Of a DNA stretch of 64,000 nucleotides, positions 61,848 through 64,000 are shown one piece after another; position 1 is the stretch's first letter; the number at the start of each line of letters is the position of its first letter. Below the pieces are notes generated by a model, which was not told where the DNA came from, ran no database searches, and saw only the letters and a list, made by a program, of their open reading frames with translations. Both the position numbers and the translations under genes were made by a program. The stretch is taken from the NCBI GenBank assembly GCA_041740355.1, contig JBGSMD010000009.1, positions 89,060-153,059 on the forward strand. Reading direction: 5' to 3'. Origin of the DNA: Bdellovibrionota bacterium. Its GTDB lineage: Bacteria > Bdellovibrionota_C > UBA2361 > CALJRW01.

Positions 61848-62936
61848 CTAATCGATCAATCCTGAGATTCGAGAGCTTAAATAACTTCGATTAGCTACAT
61901 TTTGTAAACTCGCAAAATTTGAGACATCTTCATAACCACAGTCTTCGCGCTGTCCATTCGAAGTAACTCCCGCAAGTACCCATCTAGAATTACGATAAAC
62001 TAGTAGTGGTCCACCAGAATCACCAAAACAAGTATTGCTTTGATCAGGTGTATTAAAATTAATACTCAGTCCCGCGCTAGCAACTCGGGTTAAATTATTC
62101 TTACCGGCCATTAATACTTCGGCACTTTCCTCGCTTCCGATATTTACCACACCAAAACCGGCAATAATTGAGTCCTCCCCAAGCGTTAAAGATTGAAAGC
62201 TAGAGAAAACTGGGAACGCAGGTACATTTAAATCTTGATTTGTAATGACCACTCCAAGATCGTAAGTTTCTGTTCCATTGTACTTAGGATGATAGTCAAA
62301 GGAGGCCGCTTGGATACTGCCTTTTCCAGTTTGGACAATAATATTAACAATACCATCGATACAATGTGCGGCAGTAATTATGCTTCTAGAATTAACAACC
62401 GTACCAGAACATATGTAATAATCTCCATTCCGATCTTCTAATAACAGAGTCACAATAGGACTATTTAAAGTACTGCATTCCTTGCCATTAATTATCCTAG
62501 AAGTGAAATTCTGTTGCCCAGAAACAACATCACAAGCGTCAACATCACTTCCAAAACCAACATCAAAGTAAAACTGAGACTTCTGATCACGACACAAAGC
62601 AATTTCTGTCAGAATAGTTTTTAATGTACGAATCTTTGATCTTCTTGCGACTACACGGATACTTTGTTTACTTACTGGGAGTAATTTCATCGCAGCTCTA
62701 ATTTTTTTGATTTTATTTTTAAGTTTTGTTGATTGTTCTACAAAGTCAACATTTAGATAATTACCCGAAATTAACTTTTGTAAAATACTAGCCGAGTAAA
62801 AACCATATTGATCACTAGCACGGGTTAGTAGGCAACTATACTGTCCATTATTGGAAATAGGAACTAAAGACTGCTGTGCTAATAATGAATTTGATAGATA
62901 GAAAAAGAAAAAAAGGCTAAGTAATAATTTGTTCAC
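61848..62936 (-). CDS. Secreted S1 (trypsin-fold) serine protease
   Basis: IING, TAAHC, YDLG, CFGDSGGP; signal peptide and basic helical pro-region. Confidence 0.93.
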   Translation of the reverse strand: MNKLLLSLFFFFYLSNSLLAQQSLVPISNNGQYSCLLTRASDQYGFYSASILQKLISGNYLNVDFVEQSTKLKNKIKKIRAAMKLLPVSKQSIRVVARRSKIRTLKTILTEIALCRDQKSQFYFDVGFGSDVDACDVVSGQQNFTSRIINGKECSTLNSPIVTLLLEDRNGDYYICSGTVVNSRSIITAAHCIDGIVNIIVQTGKGSIQAASFDYHPKYNGTETYDLGVVITNQDLNVPAFPVFSSFQSLTLGEDSIIAGFGVVNIGSEESAEVLMAGKNNLTRVASAGLSINFNTPDQSNTCFGDSGGPLLVYRNSRWVLAGVTSNGQREDCGYEDVSNFASLQNVANRSYLSSRISGLID

Positions 62937-63088
62937 AATACTGAATATACAAGAAAATTATAGATGGCTAAGCTTATTAAGCATGAAATTCGCTAACTTT
63001 TGCACAAAAAACTAATCTCATCTACTGACATTAATGACAACCTATTACAAGTTATCATATCATCAGGCTATAATCCTCGACAGATTGC

Positions 63089-63850
63089 TTAATAAACTTG
63101 AATAAAGTCTCCCGGTAAAAACTTAATTTTCTGATCATTTTCTAAATTAATTAATTCCTGATAGAAAACCTCACTAGTAATTCCGAGATGAAGGGCTTTA
63201 GCCTTAAGATCCTCTCGATTAAGACCATTATTTTGCTGTATTTCATTTAAGAGCATGTTTTGTGGCCTGGAAATTTCACAATTTAGCCTTGGAGACTGAA
63301 CTTTTGGTAAAAACTCATAAAAATCCTCCATACAGGTAATTATCTCTGCGCCCGATTTAATTAATTGATTAGACCCTTTGTAGTTTGGATTGGAAATATC
63401 TCCTGGAATTACATATAAATTCTTACCCTGCTCTAAGGCATATCTTGCTGTCACTCTAGAGCCACTTTGTTCACTAGCCTCAATTACTAATATATTATCT
63501 GATAATCCTGCAATCAATCGGTTGCGATTTAAAAAATTAGCTGGGTATGCTCGACTATAAGGATAGAATTGAGAAAGCAAGACTCCCCCATTTTGTATTA
63601 TTTTTCTTGCTAAATTTTGATTAGTTCCAGGATAAATACTGGGTAGCCCATTACCTAAGATTGCTAAAGTACTAGATTGCTGGCCCGAATCCAACGCCCC
63701 TTGATGTGCGCTAGCATCAATCCCAATTGCTAATCCACTAATTATTTTCTGTTGATTTTCTGCTAGGAGCTTTGCAATTCGAGAAGCTAAATGTAAGCCA
63801 GCAATGCTGGCCTTGCGTGCCCCTACTATTCCCCAGGTAATTCCTTCCAA
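63089..63850 (-). CDS. dprA: DNA-processing protein DprA (N-terminally short)
   Basis: IVGAR, ISGLAIGID..AH, FLNRNRLIAGLS, GSNQLIKSGA. Confidence 0.88.
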   Translation of the reverse strand: MEGITWGIVGARKASIAGLHLASRIAKLLAENQQKIISGLAIGIDASAHQGALDSGQQSSTLAILGNGLPSIYPGTNQNLARKIIQNGGVLLSQFYPYSRAYPANFLNRNRLIAGLSDNILVIEASEQSGSRVTARYALEQGKNLYVIPGDISNPNYKGSNQLIKSGAEIITCMEDFYEFLPKVQSPRLNCEISRPQNMLLNEIQQNNGLNREDLKAKALHLGITSEVFYQELINLENDQKIKFLPGDFIQVY

Positions 63851-64000
63851 ATCAAACGTACTATAGGGAGTCCAAAAAATAAATTACGTTAAGAGAGGAT
63901 AAGCTTTCAAAAGCAATCTGACGAATTGAGTTTGTGAATTAATTCCTAAATTTTTTTGGTATATCGTCTTTACCTGAATAGGTGACTAGGATTAGTGGTA

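Overview
AT-rich chromosomal window of a Gram-negative bacterium (it encodes LpxC). The gene content (myxococcal-type Cys-rich repeat proteins, Gld-like ABC system, orphan MreB, secreted S1 protease) suggests a delta-proteobacteria-like or Bdellovibrionota lineage; this is inference only. Core genes include the rimP-nusA-ylxR-infB-rbfA-nrnA-truB operon, purA, pgk, ilvC, amt, metH, a DEAD-box helicase and dprA. An accessory region starts right after tRNA-His (about 41.4-56 kb). The most notable signals are: (1) two tandem secreted proteins ending in a non-canonical Hint autoprocessing domain (C-terminal TGD-L instead of HN-C/S/T), one carrying a ~900-aa Cys-rich repeat array and the other only a ~34-aa Ser/Gly/Gln peptide, with a near-identical 20-bp motif at the same offset upstream of both start codons; (2) LpxC fused to an intact response-regulator receiver domain; (3) a very AT-rich secreted protein next to tRNA-His with motifs resembling a Scabin/pierisin/cholera-type ADP-ribosyltransferase; (4) a partly decaying cluster of OprD porin, carbonic anhydrase, amidohydrolase, pentameric ligand-gated channel and a K+ channel with a GYVD filter; (5) several families of palindromic MITE/REP-like intergenic repeats. 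No CRISPR array, rRNA, integrase or transposase was seen. All calls come from reading motifs by eye, with no database searches.
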